Positions 1-13,949 of a stretch of DNA of 64,000 bases are shown here, piece after piece. Under the pieces are notes generated by a model. The model was not told the DNA's origin. It did not search any database and saw only the letters and a program-made list of their open reading frames with translations. Numbering within the stretch: position 1 is the stretch's first letter; each line of letters begins with the position of its first letter. The translations under genes were made by a program, and so were the position numbers. Source of the DNA: Eledone cirrhosa (taxonomy: Eukaryota); assembly GCA_964016885.1 (NCBI GenBank), contig OZ024742.1, forward strand, positions 279,620,001 through 279,684,000, read 5' to 3'.

Positions 1-590
1 CCAAGCGATTCCTCGAGGTGCTGGAGACGAACGGGTACCCTACCTCGCTCACAGACAGAGTGGGAGAAGCCAGACACAAGAGACAGAGAGGCACCCAAGG
101 CAAATGCTTCCTTAAAATGCCACACCTGGGCGAGAATACCACCAACGCTATCCGCAAGGCTATACGGAGGGAGGGCCTCGACATCCACATGGCCCACTCG
201 GGCTCCTCCCTGCGAAGATGCCTCTCCAGGAAAGCCGGGAAATCTACTGACGCTTACTCCCTCAGAGACTGCCCGATACGCCATGCGAACTGTTGCCTAC
301 GCACATACGTCGTGTCTAAGATATAATGTGACAGGTGCAACCAATACTATATATGTAGCACAATCCGACCTTTGCACATCCGGATCAAGGAACACACTAA
401 AACTAGGGCCTCGTCTTTCCGGAAACACATAGACAAATGCGGAAACAAAGACGGAAGGCCCATTGTCACAATGCTAGCGACTGAAAGAAACGTCGGCACG
501 TTACGTATCAAGGAAGCGCTTTTTATCAAACGCCTGCACAGCAAATAAACAATCGATCCGAGAGAAGCGAAATGAGGTGGCTGGTTTAAG
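1..590 (+). mobile_element. Penelope-like element 3' fragment (GIY-YIG endonuclease, disrupted)
   Basis: ORF 18-326 and its continuation read ...CCLRTYVVSKI*CDRCNQYYICSTIRPLHIRIKEH...RIKEALFIKRL, a PLE GIY-YIG layout. It is similar to the copy at 26200-26690. Confidence 0.8.
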
Positions 591-1268
591 TTAACAAACG
601 ATGCAGCAACACACACACACATACACAAACGAGACAACTACACACGCACACGCACGCACAGTAGCATTCCACCATACGAACATACTACACTGCCAATACA
701 GAGGAACTAGGCAACAACACACGCACACACGCACACACTCAAGCGAGACAACAACACACGCACACACACACACAGCAACATTTAACAAACAGGCAGAGAA
801 TGGACTGACAGCCAGCGCCACCCCACTCCCACATTCGGCCGCTGACCTCTGCCCGACCGACCCCTATTTCACGCGCACGCGCGCTCTGCTGAATACCTCA
901 GATATTCAAAACAACAAACAGCGGAGGACGCGTTTCGCACCTTTCCGACCGACAACCTTTACCCCACCCCGTGTAAAAAAAAACCCAGTTGATGGATGTG
1001 AATCCGAAATATATAGGGACAATTAAATCTCTCCCAAGGTAACTCTCTCTTGTTGTTATTTTAATTTTATCCTTTATACACTTTCCTTCATTCCTCTACA
1101 CGTCTTATACACACCACGCATCTCAACGTACACCCACTTACATCTCTCTCTCCACCACCGGATCTTGTTACCCGGAGAATTACCCATTTGCATTGCCGAG
1201 GCTTCCAAACGACTTAAAGATATTTACCTATTATTCCACAATGCTTCAAGCAAACTTCAATATTCTCT

Positions 1269-1323
<55 letters not shown>

Positions 1324-1324
<1 letters not shown>

Positions 1325-2170
1325 AAAGAATAGAGGTGTAACACACGAGTTATGATATATTGGTAAAAGGAAAAGAAAGTGCCGACAAATTGTTCCCAGT
1401 GAAAAATAGTTTAATTAGGAATAAGTAAAAATTAATAATAGTATTGGTTAGTATTCAGTTTTGGTTTTAAGTTTTACCCGTTGCATATTTCTAATGATTT
1501 TCAAAAACAATTTTGAGATAGAGCGCCTGTGATGTTTGCTCTAATCTGATTAGTTTTGGAAATTCTACCTGTTTTATGTAAAAAAAAGTGGCTCCAGATG
1601 TATGAACAAATTCTTGTGGTCAAAACAAATTTGATTGGTCGGTAGAGGTCATGTGAATGTCAAAAATTGATTTTGCGCCAAATGTAGGTTTGTCTCGGCT
1701 GATTGAGAAGTCACTGAATAATAAGTCGTTCAAGACAAATATGTGTGTGTGTGTGTGTGTAGTAGTAGTAAAGAGGTTTGTTGTTGTGATAATGGTCAGC
1801 AGGGATGTATATATATATATATATAAATATATATATATATTCGTCATTGTCAGTCTGTTCATCACAATCATTTACACACATTTTATCTTTCGGTCCATTT
1901 TTTACCTGTTAAATCAGATCATGTTCCCTGTTAATAAGAAATGTATTTTCCCTCCTATGTTCCCTATCACCTTGTAATTCTATAGAATTAGATTTGTTCT
2001 ACTTGGTCTGGAATAAAACACATCGTAGGTTTTTAGCGTATTCTTTTTTTTTTTCCTCTTTTTACCTTTAGTTTTATATCTATTTAAGTATTTTTATGTT
2101 GTGGTAATTCATCTTTCGGGCTTCATTTTCAATATATAAGTTTCTTTTTTTGTTGAACACTACTTATATG
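1324..2170 (-). mobile_element. degenerate PLE-like repeat fragment
   Basis: 1327-1380 recurs nearly identically at 24119-24175. The internal part resembles 6350-6480. It sits between (TA)n tracts and has no intact ORF. Confidence 0.35.
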
Positions 2171-2262
2171 TTCGCAAACACCTACTCATGCGCATATCAA
2201 TAAATACATAGACACATATATGTATATATATAAATATGTAAATACACACACACACACGCGCG

Positions 2263-2318
<56 letters not shown>

Positions 2319-2719
2319 TGTGTATATATATATAAGTGTTTGTATGTATATATATATATATATATATATCGAGGTAACAATGTTGTTGATATTATCTTCT
2401 GGTCGTAAAAATTGAAGTAGTGAATGTTATAATCATAGAAAATCTTGACAATTAAAAAGATAATAGGTTAAAGGAATCAACTGAATGAAAGAAATTCTGC
2501 AACAATGTGCCAAAAAAAAAAAAAATGAAAACGTTAATGAATTTATGAAAGAATCTATCTATCTCTTTATCTCACCATGAGCTTTGAACTCTTGATGAAG
2601 TGTTGTTGGATTACAGCTGTGAAAAGCGCACGACTTGGACATTTAAATATGTCCAGTTCTGACTACAGCCAATGTCATCCATGGAAAGAGAGATTGGAAA
2701 TACTGACAGATGTAGAGGA

Positions 2720-3020
2720 TTTGCACTTAATAATGGTTTCTTATACAGGCATAAGGCCAGCAATTTTGGGGAAGGTGAAAGTCAATTAAATCGTCCCCAG
2801 TGTGTGACTGATACTGTCAATCCACCGCCCTAAGGATTTGCACTTAATAATTGTTTCTACATTTGGCACAAGACTAGCAATTACCTAGTCCATTACTGGT
2901 ACTTTATTTTTATCGACCTCATAAGGATGGAAAGCAAAGTTAAACATCGGTGGGATTTGAACTCAGACCGTAAATGGGATGCTGCAAAGCATAGCGTCGA
3001 CCCCCTACTGATACTGTCAA
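2720..3020 (-). mobile_element. SINE copies, diverged (abundant family in this window)
   Basis: Family motif ggtactttattttatcgacc...aaggatg.aa.gcaaagt...tttgaactcag, preceded by a partial duplicate at 2720-2830. Confidence 0.7.
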
Positions 3021-3468
3021 ATGAATTAGAAAGTGGGATGTGATCTTCAAACAGAGAATCGGAACGAATATTAGTTTTCGACTCTCTTTACCAATACAAT
3101 TATTGACGTATATCAATATCATTTTGCCTTTCTAATGGATCTTCCAATACGTTGCCTGTAATAAAAGAATGACAAATATAGAATATTGAATGAATGAAAC
3201 ATAGAACCAAAAGATGAGTCAGAATGAAGGACTAATGTTGGAAGGAATCAATGCGCCACAAAAAAAAAAAAACCCAAAAAACCGAAAAGTGAATGAAAAG
3301 AATAAATAAAAAAGGGGGAAAGAATGAATATTTAAATGAACAAATGGAAATCAGAATATTCGGAAGACAGAAGGAAAGAAAGAAAGAATCCAACAAAATG
3401 AAGAACTAAATGAATGCACCTTGTAGGTTTGTCATGTTTTCACAGCTGTACTATACATACTTTTCACT

Positions 3469-3469
3469 A

Positions 3470-3532
<63 letters not shown>

Positions 3533-3566
3533 CAGCAGTAGTAGTAGTAGTAATAGTAGTAGCAGC

Positions 3567-3631
<65 letters not shown>

Positions 3632-3636
3632 CTATG

Positions 3637-3700
<64 letters not shown>

Positions 3701-3705
3701 CTATG

Positions 3706-3790
<85 letters not shown>

Positions 3791-3795
3791 CTGTG

Positions 3796-3855
<60 letters not shown>
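3469..3855. repeat. (AGT)n trinucleotide microsatellite, ~385 bp
   Basis: Direct reading, with rare agc/gctatg interruptions. It explains the poly-S and poly-V ORFs. Confidence 0.98.
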
Positions 3856-3959
3856 AATTTGAAATATGATAAAACAGAGAAATTGGCGTACTGAAAGAAG
3901 TTTGTGAAGAGGAAAATAAAATTATATAATCATGTGTTTGTGTGTATGTTGGTGTACAT

Positions 3960-5943
3960 ATCTAATACTGGCAACAGCAACACACACATTCAATGGCTAT
4001 CACCCTGCTCGAGTCAAAAAAATATAACCTCCAGCAATGCATGATGACCATCATCAATAACTAGAGAATAGCTGAAGAGAGGTGGGCCATTGAGAAAATC
4101 AAACTCAACCCCAAAGTGTTCTTCACATTCGCTAAAAAACACAAGGTCACAGGCTCCACTGTTGGCCCCCTAGTTGATGAAAATGGCACACTCCAGGACA
4201 ATGCCAAAACCATGGGCGAGATACTGCAGAAACAATACTGCTCTGTTTTCAGCAACCCTGATATGGCCGATCAGGGCCGTATCAGTGATATTAACCCCCA
4301 ACACATTATATCAGACATAACGTTTGGCGCACCTGATGTCTTAGCGGCAATAACCGAAATTAAACACAATTCAGCAGTAGGCCCCGACAGGTTCCCTGCT
4401 TGTGTCCTGAAGGTGTGTCGACACCAACTTGCAACTCCTCTTGCTAATCTGTGGAGGAACTCACTGGACACTGGCTATATTCCTGAAAACTTTCTGTCCC
4501 AGTCCGTTGTCTCAGTCTTCAAAAAGGGAAATAAGTCCTTTGCTGAGAACTACCGTCCGATCTCACTCACCTCTCATATTATCAAGGTATTTGAGAGGTT
4601 GGTGAACATGAACTCCGTAATGGAAGGGAATGCCTAACGCAGCTCCTGCATCACTTTGACGATGTTTTGAGAGCCTTGGGACAGGGCTCCAACACCGATG
4701 TCATCTACCTTGATTTCAGCAAGGCCTTCGACAGGGTTGATCATAAGATTCTACTGAAAAAACTATCCAATGTTGGTATCTCTGGAAGGTTACGACAGTG
4801 GATCAAAAGTTTCCTGACAGGCAGAACCCAGCATGTTGTAGTCGAAGGAGTAAACTCAAGCCCTGCCAAAGTCAGCAGTGGCGTCCCACAAGGTACTGTG
4901 TAGAGCCCACTTCTTTTCATCATCTACATTAATGACATTACTGACATCATCAAACACAGCAACATCAGAATCTTCGCAGATGATTCCAAGCTCCAAAGGG
5001 TCATCAATGAGGTGGGTGACCGGACTTCCCTTCAGTCAGACCTACTGGCTGTTATCCAATGGGCAGAGATGAATAATATGCTGTTGAATGAGGATAAATT
5101 TGAACTAATCCACTTTGGAAAAAAGGATGCCCTGAAACTACCATACTCTCTTCCTTCGGGTGAACTCTAGTGGCTTCCAATAACATCAGAGACCTGGGAG
5201 TAATTGTGGACAGCAATATAAGCTAGGCCACTCATATAAAAAGCATAGTTGATATGGCCCGCAGAATGGGTTCCTGGATTCTCAGAACTTTCCAGTCGAG
5301 AGATATCCACACTGTTGTCCTTCTCTTCTTCACTTTTACCCGACTCCACCTTGAATACTGTTGTCCACTGTGTTCACCCCACACGAAACAAAGTATCATG
5401 AAAGTTGAAGCACGCCAAAGGTCAATTACAAAAAAGATAATTGGCATGACAGGCCTTGACTATTGGGGTCGATTAGAAAAGCTGAAACTTTATTCTCTTC
5501 AACGTCGCCGTGAGCGCTACATTATCTGTAAGATGTGGAAAATATTGCATCAGCTTTGCCCAAATGATGTTGGCATCACCTTTAATGTACACCCAAGGCT
5601 TGGGCCCCGTGCTATCCGCCCACGACAAAAATCCCACTCGCATAACAACGATACGGCACAATTATTTCACCTCAATTGGCCCTGCACTCTTTAACATTAC
5701 ACCAAAACTCATTAAAGCAGAGACAGACCCCATCAAGTTCAAGAAGTCTTTGGATAAATTCCTTCAAGAAATCCCGGATAAGCCTCCTACACCCGGATAT
5801 GCCTCCGTAAACAATAACTCTCTGCTCGAGTGGGCCATGGTGCCCAAACACTGATTTGTAAGACTTCGCAGGTGGTGCTATTAAGTTAGACATGTCCTAG
5901 GCCAATATGGGCCGAGACCTATCAAAGTCATCAAAGTAAAAGT
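3960..5943 (+). mobile_element. 5'-truncated CR1/L2-group LINE, RT pseudogene
   Basis: Fragmented ORFs carry GPDRFPACVLK, NYRPISLTS, DVIYLDFSKAFDRVDH, GVPQGTV, IFADDSKL, HLEYCCPLCSPH and LKLYSLQRRRERY. There are stops and an internal deletion near 4605. The 3' tail is a short repeat (atcaaagtcatcaaagt). Confidence 0.9.
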
Positions 5944-5989
5944 TATATGTGTGTGTGCATGTGTACGTCTGTGTGTGTATAGGGGGTGG

Positions 5990-6069
<80 letters not shown>

Positions 6070-6074
6070 TATAT

Positions 6075-6140
<66 letters not shown>

Positions 6141-6169
6141 TATAAAGTGATATCTTTTTTTTTACAGAA

Positions 6170-7025
6170 TGAAAAATAACCGAGGTGTCCTACACGAGTG
6201 AAAGTATAAAGAAAAAAAGATGAAATCGAAAATGCAACTGGAGTCTTATTTTTAAAAATATATATATATTTATTTGGTACCTTTACCGATTTCGCAGTTC
6301 TTCTGCTTTTCAAAAGTAGAGTTGAGATGGAGGGTCTGTGGTTTTTCTCACATCAGGTTGGTCTTTGAATGTTACTTGTTTTATATGTAAAAAAGTGGCT
6401 CGAAAAGCCGGGTTTTTAGAGAAGTAATTTGATTGGTTGGTCAATAATTATAATAAATTTCGCGCCAGTTTGCGTTACAAAGTTCTTCAAACAAGGGGTG
6501 AAAGGGGAGGGGGGATCATGTTGTTTTTTCATATATTAGTGTTTGAATTTCTTTTTACTCAAAACGAAAGGAATCACGAAGGCTTTTTTTTAATAAACGT
6601 GGTTATAAATGAAATTATTGCTGTCACGTGAACAAGTTTTCATTAAATTTCGCGCCCTTATCTGGAAATCTATTCTGTAGCCTTTGTAGAGAATTTTATG
6701 ACAAGCAAAAGATAATGGTCAAGAGAAATTGGATGGGAGAATTGTTCTGGTTCAGTGAATATGGTTAGTTCGCTGGGGTGTCAGAATTCAGATTTTGTAT
6801 TGAAATAAAGAAAGTAAAGATATGTATGTTTATTTGTGTGCTTGTGTGTGTGTGTTTGAATTTCTTCTTACTTTAAAAAAATGGGCTCACGAAGGCTTTT
6901 TTTAATAAATGTAATTTGATTGGTTATAAATGAAATTATGGCTATCACGTGAACAAGTTTTCATTAAAATTTGCGCCCGTATTTGGAAATCTATTATGTA
7001 GCCTTTTTAGAGAATGTTATGACAT
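6170..7025 (-). mobile_element. degenerate PLE terminal fragment with internal duplication
   Basis: 6575-6705 is duplicated at 6887-7025, and 6209-6247 recurs near 24000-24040. It contains an HHR-like motif at 6281-6316. Confidence 0.45.
6281..6316 (-). ncRNA. hammerhead-like motif, U3-A8 variant, degenerate
   Basis: Minus strand reads ctt-TTGAAAA-gcag aagaa ctgc-GAAA-tcgg-TA-aag. Stem I is only 3 bp. Confidence 0.4.
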
Positions 7026-7091
7026 ATATATATACATTATATATATACATACATATATATATATCAAATATACATTATATATATATATAGA

Positions 7092-7698
7092 TGGTAGCTG
7101 CCAACTCGTTTTCGAGTGCGGCCACTACTTTATATCCACGTAGGAGAACCCCTACCGAACCCCTACAAGTGTGACTTTTAAGTCTAGCCAGCAACTTGGA
7201 AACTCTGGTACAAAAACTACACTTGTGACAATTATTGACACATAGTGCTGGGCCCATGGTACCATGTGACGACAAGTGAAGGGAGATCTCCAGATATAAA
7301 GCAATGCCTGTGCCGTGAAGCTTTTATAGAAAGCAAAGGCACTGCACAAAGCCAGTCCCACTCTCTTAACCAAGATGATATTTACCAAAAAGAAGTACAA
7401 GTCAATATCATTGGATACCCTCAGTGTTGCAGGTGTTATATCAGAGTTTTCCTTCTCATAGAATTTTGCCTTGACAAAGGCTAAGGGGTTATCTCTCCGG
7501 GTGATCTTGGATGGCCATTGACTCTTAAGAGCTCCTTTGCCCTTTGACAGGTTTTGTTTTTAGTCCTGCAGGATGTCCAAAGTGACCCTCCTCACCAAGA
7601 AACCTTGGTGGGTTTGCCAGTTTAGTCGCCAACGACCAGACCATGGGACAGGTTGTACTGGGATACATGTTACCAGTAGCACCAGCTGGTGACCTCAC
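7092..7698 (-). mobile_element. non-autonomous bipartite RTE-derived element with inverted 5' part
   Basis: Homologous to 49360-49990. 7092-7553 matches in reverse orientation and 7550-7698 in forward orientation. It encodes CHKCSFCTRVSKLLARLKSH, like the RTE C-terminal zinc finger. Confidence 0.75.
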
Positions 7699-7703
7699 AT
7701 AAT

Positions 7704-7887
<184 letters not shown>

Positions 7888-8383
7888 AAATGAAAGAACA
7901 CTTATATATATATATATAGATATATAAATTTTTGCGTTTCTATATATGAGTATATGAGTATGTATAAAAACATGTTTGCATGTAGATTTACAAGCATATA
8001 TTCACAAACATAACTACTTACATACACATTGACACTCACACATGTACACACACAAAGTGGTGCAACAAAGAGAAAGTGCCAGTCGACCAAAGAGACAGAA
8101 ATCTGTAAAGAGCATAAAAGAAACTCCGTGGAAATGGCATGGCGTTCTTTTCTTTCCATCATTAGTATCTTTCAACATGGCGGAAGTGAAACTGCGAGAT
8201 ACATTGATAGACTTTCACGTCACACAGCAGCCATTCTTCGCCATTACACCATAGATAATCTACACTTGCCTAAAGACTTTCTGCGTGCACAGCGATCTGA
8301 TGTTAAACAAGTGTGCATCGTATTATATGATATGCCTGTACATATGTATATATTTGTAAGTATGTATGCATGTATACATATTA

Positions 8384-8415
<32 letters not shown>

Positions 8416-8436
8416 ACACACATATATATATATATG

Positions 8437-8482
<46 letters not shown>

Positions 8483-8748
8483 GTAGGATGTGAGTTTTAT
8501 TGTAGTACAATAAAGCAATGCAGATATCGGATAAGAAGCACTCTACAGTTTGTAGGACTGGAGTATACATAATATATAAGATTCTAACGCCAATTACTAT
8601 ATTAACGCGCTTTCTGAAGCCGGCTATCCTGATAAAATCAAATATAGTAAAGAAACAAATTCTAGATGATCTTACAGTAGAATAATTAATCATGAACATT
8701 CCAATAACTTTAATAAAAGACCTAGATACAAAAACATAATCTGGTATA

Positions 8749-9609
8749 ATGCTCCTTTCTCCATCTCTATTAATAATAATATTCCTAAATTGTTTTAGTG
8801 CCTTAAATAAATGCTTCCCTCCCTCACATATCTATAGTAAAATATTTAACAAACATGCTATAACATTTTCCTATTCGACTTCCTCCAACATTTCCAACAT
8901 TATCTCTAAACACAACAATAAAATACTAAATACTAAATCTCTTCCTTCCAACACTGAATATCATAATAATAGTAATAGTACTCCCGACGTCATTGTAAAC
9001 TCTAGGCTAATTTCTGCAAACCCAAATACAACGTCAAACAAAACTTCGCTAAATGTTCTTAATCCCATTCTAAATCAAGAAACTATTATTCCTATCGTAA
9101 ATAACTTCTCTAATCCAATTCCTTCTATAGATAACACTAGGTCACTCGTTACTAACTCTGCTAATCTCTCTAATCGCAAATGCAATTGCCCTGTTAAAAA
9201 TAAATGTCCTCTCAACAACCATTGTCTTGAAAAAAACTTAATCTACGAATGTAAAGTTATAACTGACACCAATTCCTTCACCTATGTTGGCTCCACTTCC
9301 ACCTCCTTTAAAGCTCGTCTTTATAATCATTATTCGTCTTTTAAATACCAACTTAAAAGAACCAACACGGCACTCTCAGAACTCATATGGTCCTTGAAAG
9401 ACAAAAATATTAAATATAACATCTCTTGGAAAAAGGTTTCTCCTGCTTTACCATACTTGAACAGTTCTCTATCCAAGACTTGCAATCTCTGTTTAAATGA
9501 AAAATTTACCATTATATCTAATTTAGATTCTATAATAAATAGACGTACTGACTTGTTTTCTCTCTGCTTGCATAAATTCCACAGAACATTCCATAAAGTA
9601 TACAGCTAA
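8749..9609 (+). CDS. PLE GIY-YIG endonuclease domain ORF (5'-truncated, 286 aa)
   Basis: LIY...YVG GIY-YIG motif, RxxxH, and a Cys-rich CxC...CPLxxxC linker. Confidence 0.8.
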   Translation: MLLSPSLLIIIFLNCFSALNKCFPPSHIYSKIFNKHAITFSYSTSSNISNIISKHNNKILNTKSLPSNTEYHNNSNSTPDVIVNSRLISANPNTTSNKTSLNVLNPILNQETIIPIVNNFSNPIPSIDNTRSLVTNSANLSNRKCNCPVKNKCPLNNHCLEKNLIYECKVITDTNSFTYVGSTSTSFKARLYNHYSSFKYQLKRTNTALSELIWSLKDKNIKYNISWKKVSPALPYLNSSLSKTCNLCLNEKFTIISNLDSIINRRTDLFSLCLHKFHRTFHKVYS

Positions 9610-10009
9610 TATCTAATACTTTATCAATTTAAAATCCTTTTCCCAAAGGCACATATATATACTTCTTTAAAAATATACCCATCTTTCTACCTTATTTCAA
9701 AGTTATTTATTATACATTATAGTTACTCATTCTATATCACTCCTATTTATCACTTCCCTTTCTTCCTTTTCCTTTTCTTTTCCTTTTTCTTTTAACTTCT
9801 AACCCCTAATCTGTACCTTTTCTCATTGTGCCTAACATAGAAACAATTATTACACAGTACAATATATTCTTACTTTATATCACCTTGAAAAAATCCTTCG
9901 TAAACATAAACATTTTTTACGTTAGATTATTCATCCTTAATTCATTATTTTTTTCTCCCTTTCATGCTCATCTAATATATCCTTACTTACATTACTATTG
10001 TATTTTAAA

Positions 10010-10185
10010 TAATACATATCAAGATTTTCTTTCCATCGCACATATTATTAAACCCTTAAATATTTTTCATAATACATATTAACATTTTCTTTCCATCGCA
10101 CATATTATTAAACCCTTAAATATTATTCTTAATACATATTAACAATTTCTTTTCATCGCACATATTATTAAACCCTTCAATATAC
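10010..10185 (+). repeat. 60-bp tandem repeat, ~3 copies, in PLE 3' UTR
   Basis: catcgcacatattattaaaccctt occurs at 60-bp spacing (lines 10021, 10081, 10141). Confidence 0.9.
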
Positions 10186-10535
10186 AAACCTTAACTTAAC
10201 ATTATTTTTCTCTTCGTTAATTTTCAAATTCTTTTAATTTATATATTATCTTCCAACGGTTTTTCAACCTCTGTATGTAAAACAATATATTTTTTCTCAG
10301 TTATAAAAGCTATCTCTCTCTCTCTATCACCCATCTCTCCTCCTATCTTATCCTTCCTCATTATACTCCTCCCCCTCCACTTTTTACTCTCATATCCTCC
10401 TCCTCTTCATCCTTTGCAACCCCCCCCCAAACATTTTTTTCCCAATATCACACATCAATCTAAAACTACTTTTCATATGTTAATTTAAAACTGCACTATT
10501 CATAAGTGTTTTTTAACCTTCATATCATGTCTTCC

Positions 10536-10606
10536 TATTTTATCTGATGAAAACACATATATTATTGCATGATGATATTTGTTTTTGAAATGCGCATAAT
10601 AAAATA
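10536..10606 (+). ncRNA. minimal type I hammerhead ribozyme (PLE pLTR type)
   Basis: tattttat-CTGATGA-[stem II aaaca...tgttt]-GAAA-t gcgc a-TA-ataaaata. Stem I is a perfect 8 bp, stem III is palindromic, and the cleavage triplet is AUA. Confidence 0.8.
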
Positions 10607-11825
10607 CATGGAACTCTTTTAACCATCTTTTGATCTTATATATTATATATATATATATATATCACCGAAGTGTTTGGGTGATCAGAAATTTCAAAGACTT
10701 GGAATCCCGAACACACATCATAATAACTCTAATAATAGTCAATCTTTATAAGTAATACTTTAGGGAGGGAAACGGAAGCCTGTAGATACTACGGAGATTG
10801 GAACTCCGTATCTCTCGAATACCGACCGAGTGCTTTAGACATTACGCAAAGGGCAGAGGTGCTTGTGATTAAAATTAATCCTACTTGCAGATTTTGAGAC
10901 AACTTAGCAATATCGTTGAGTATGTTCATAAAAGTGAACTAGCTAGATTGGGTGGTGTAAAATGCGCTTCCATCTTTGACCAACATTTTACGGTGGGCTT
11001 GAAGTGACAGAGCTGTTTTCCTAATATATATGTGATGGTGATGCTTCCCTGGAACATGTTATGGCAGTGCAAGTAATTGCTTAATGACTATGTATGGTGA
11101 CATACCAAAACCTCAAGTATCCTTGATGCTTCAATAAATCGACAATTAGAACCATTGTCATATTTCACGCTTATGTTTACCGGTAAGTTAATTGAGAAAA
11201 GAAAATGCAGGACTGTATATGACAGAAATCCTCAGATTAAGACTTTCGAGTGATGCAAATAATTGGAATGATCAAATTGATTTGTGGTATGGCTTAACAT
11301 AAATATTCAGTTGGCAGTGCCTTGGAAAGAGAGTGTAGGAACATAGAAGAAAAGGAGTGAAATATAAAGGACAGATTGCATCCTCTCAGGTACGTGAATA
11401 TTAACATTTGTTGCGTATCGTAGTAGTGCAGCGTTGTAGGTTACGTTAGAGATCCTCTGTGTCAAATATGGGTGGTAGTGGACTTAAATTATAGAAGGGC
11501 ACTGACGTTTATAGTGGAAAAAGAGCAAAGAATATTTTACTATGGATATTGCTGGTGCATATTACAGAGAATGTGTAGTGAATAACTCGTTAGAGAGTAG
11601 TAAAACAAACTCGTTGCCTGTTGAATTCTTTATCAAATTTTAATGAATGAAAGTAAAACTGACCCATATGAGATTTCAACTTAAACTGGAGGGAGACGAA
11701 ATAAACAATACTAGGCACTTTAGTCCATGACACTAGCGATCTAGACAATTCGGTGCCTAAATTTAAGAAATATGTTTGTAGTTATTGAGTAGGTTAGCAG
11801 ATAAGCTTCTAATAATAAATTCAAA

Positions 11826-11965
11826 ATTAATTGTTTCTACTTTTGGCACAAGGCCAGCAATTACCCAGTGCATTACTGGTACTTTATTTTATCGACCCCG
11901 TAAGGATGAAAGGCAAAGTCAACCTCGGCAGGATTTGAACTCAGATCGTAAAGGGACGTAACTAT
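11826..11965 (-). mobile_element. SINE
   Basis: Family motif. The reverse strand has a B-box-like gagttcaaatcc followed by gcctttcatcc...gggtcgataaaataaagtaccag. Confidence 0.85.
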
Positions 11966-13949
11966 GCTTACCACTTTATATGTTCAGAGGAGTTTATTAT
12001 GCTCTTCTGAAAATTAGATAGGCAATTTGCTAAGAAATATTTATAATTTATAGTTGCTATAAACATTTTGTCTGCAAATATTTTAAGCATGGGAAAAACG
12101 CGCCTTAATCATACTATTTTTGTTTTATACTGATTATCATTTCTCTTTTCGATTATGGATATTCAGATGTTGGGTCAACTGAACGTCTAATATGTGATTT
12201 ACCGATTAAATGTTTTTTTTATTTCGCATAGAAGAATACTCTAAATGTAATTCACAATCTCAATCAGCAAGACACAGTGTGTTAGAAGGCTGTATATTTG
12301 AATTGGTGATACTGGATTCTATTCAAATTTCATCTACCCTATCCTGCTCACAAGACTTGTTTGAAGCCGAAGTCGTAGTAAATACACTTGGCCAAAATGT
12401 CACACAGTCCATATTTTGAATTAGTCATTGCATTGAATAAACTATAATACAATATTATTGTCTTCATAATAATTAGGCGGATTATAAATTAAATATACTG
12501 ATTTATAATCCGAATACTATAATGGAAATATTTGATTATTTGCTACAGGGCAAACACGATTTCAACATCTCTAATTTACTACCAACTTATTCTCACAGAA
12601 TTCTTTGTCTCAGATTTAAAAGAATAAAAGTGAAGCGACTATGAATAAAATTTCGATGTGTATGATTAAAAGACGGGGATAGGTGTTATATCATTTAATT
12701 GATGTACTATAGTCCAGGTGATAGCGTGCCGTTTCTGTAAATCATCATCAAATTCGTTTATCACACGGTAAAAGGGGAATAGAAATGATCACGACACTTC
12801 TAAAAGCCTCCAAAGTAGAAGATATCCTTAAACTAAAGGTATAGCCTAAATGCGTGTAACAGCATTGATTCCGAGCGGCCGGGTAGTAGTGATAAACAGG
12901 GCTAACGATCAAGTTTAAGGCCAAAACAGATCAGGGAGAGTCTTAAACTCAAGATGAAAAAGCCCGGAACAAATAAGGCTTGTTATTCTATCAAGCGTTC
13001 TATTGAGTCTACCATGTATTTTAAATTTCGACACGGTAATTTTACCATCTATCTATCATAAGACTAAAGATGGATTTAACTGTTTAAAAGGAAATCCCAT
13101 AGAACAGATCAAAGTGCATGTTCATAGTCACACACACGCACAAACAACATAGTAGTATAGAACAAAAGTACATCCAACGGTAATTCGATATAATGCTATC
13201 ATTGAGTGTATTGGAACAGCGTACAGCCGGGAAACGAAAGCATGACTTTATTAACGTAAGCCAAATAGCTTAACCTTTAAGACACGCACTTTCACTAAAC
13301 TCTAAATATATCTTACTTAAGTATACTCGAGAATTTGATTATACTTTAGATATATTTAGATTTTCGTGATAATTTGGGGGTTTTGTTGGGATTTGTTTCT
13401 TTATAAGAAATAAAGAAGATGAATAAATATATACCTAAACATTATAAAAATTATAATTATTTTGAAAAGAATTGTAAAAAGTGTAAAAGCGGGGAATTAA
13501 AATGGGTTAAATCGAGAGAAGAGAAAAAATAAAAGTGTGACTAAACAAAAACTAAAAAAAATATATAGTAAACTTATATTATTTACAATTTTAGTTGAAG
13601 TAGAAGTAATTTTAGAAAAAAATAAGTTGCCCAAATACAGGTAAAGTACTTTAGATACATTTTTTGGAAAAGGAAAATCTATTTAATCTGCAATGAAATA
13701 TAATGATGAAAATAGTGGGATGGGGGAGGTTTATGGCTAAAGGGAATTAACTAATATCTAGTTCTAATTTAGGATTTTGTAACTTCGAGATAATGAAAGG
13801 AAGAAAAATAAGAAATAAATACAAGGAAAAATAAGAAAAATTGGTCAATGCTCGGTTATGTAAATGTTGAAGTTTCAATGAAATTTGAGACTAAGAACTA
13901 TATGGAGGGGGTGATTAAGTAAATGGTGGGTTAAATAATTACAAGTCAA

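Larger units (their letters stand above)
8700..10630 (+). mobile_element. Penelope-like element 3' part (linker, GIY-YIG, 3' UTR/pLTR)
   Basis: The ORF contains KIFNKHAITFSYS, CNCPVKNKCPLNNHCLEKNLIYECKV...TYVGSTSTSFKARLYNH and CNLCLNEK. It is followed by a pyrimidine-rich UTR and an HHR. Confidence 0.9.

Noticed and set aside
984-1020. Hammerhead downstream of the first PLE fragment (ccc agttgatg gat gtga atcc gaaa tatata ggg)
   Set aside because: The position is plausible but the core is too degenerate to call.
3414-3894. Poly-Ser and poly-Val ORFs
   Set aside because: They are translations of an (AGT)n microsatellite.
8749-9609. Selenocysteine (in-frame UGA) recoding as reported for some Naiad PLEs
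   Set aside because: This ORF is uninterrupted and its Cys positions use ordinary Cys codons.
12210-12419. Possible exon after a tttcgcatag acceptor
   Set aside because: There is no recognisable protein similarity and no supporting neighbouring exons.
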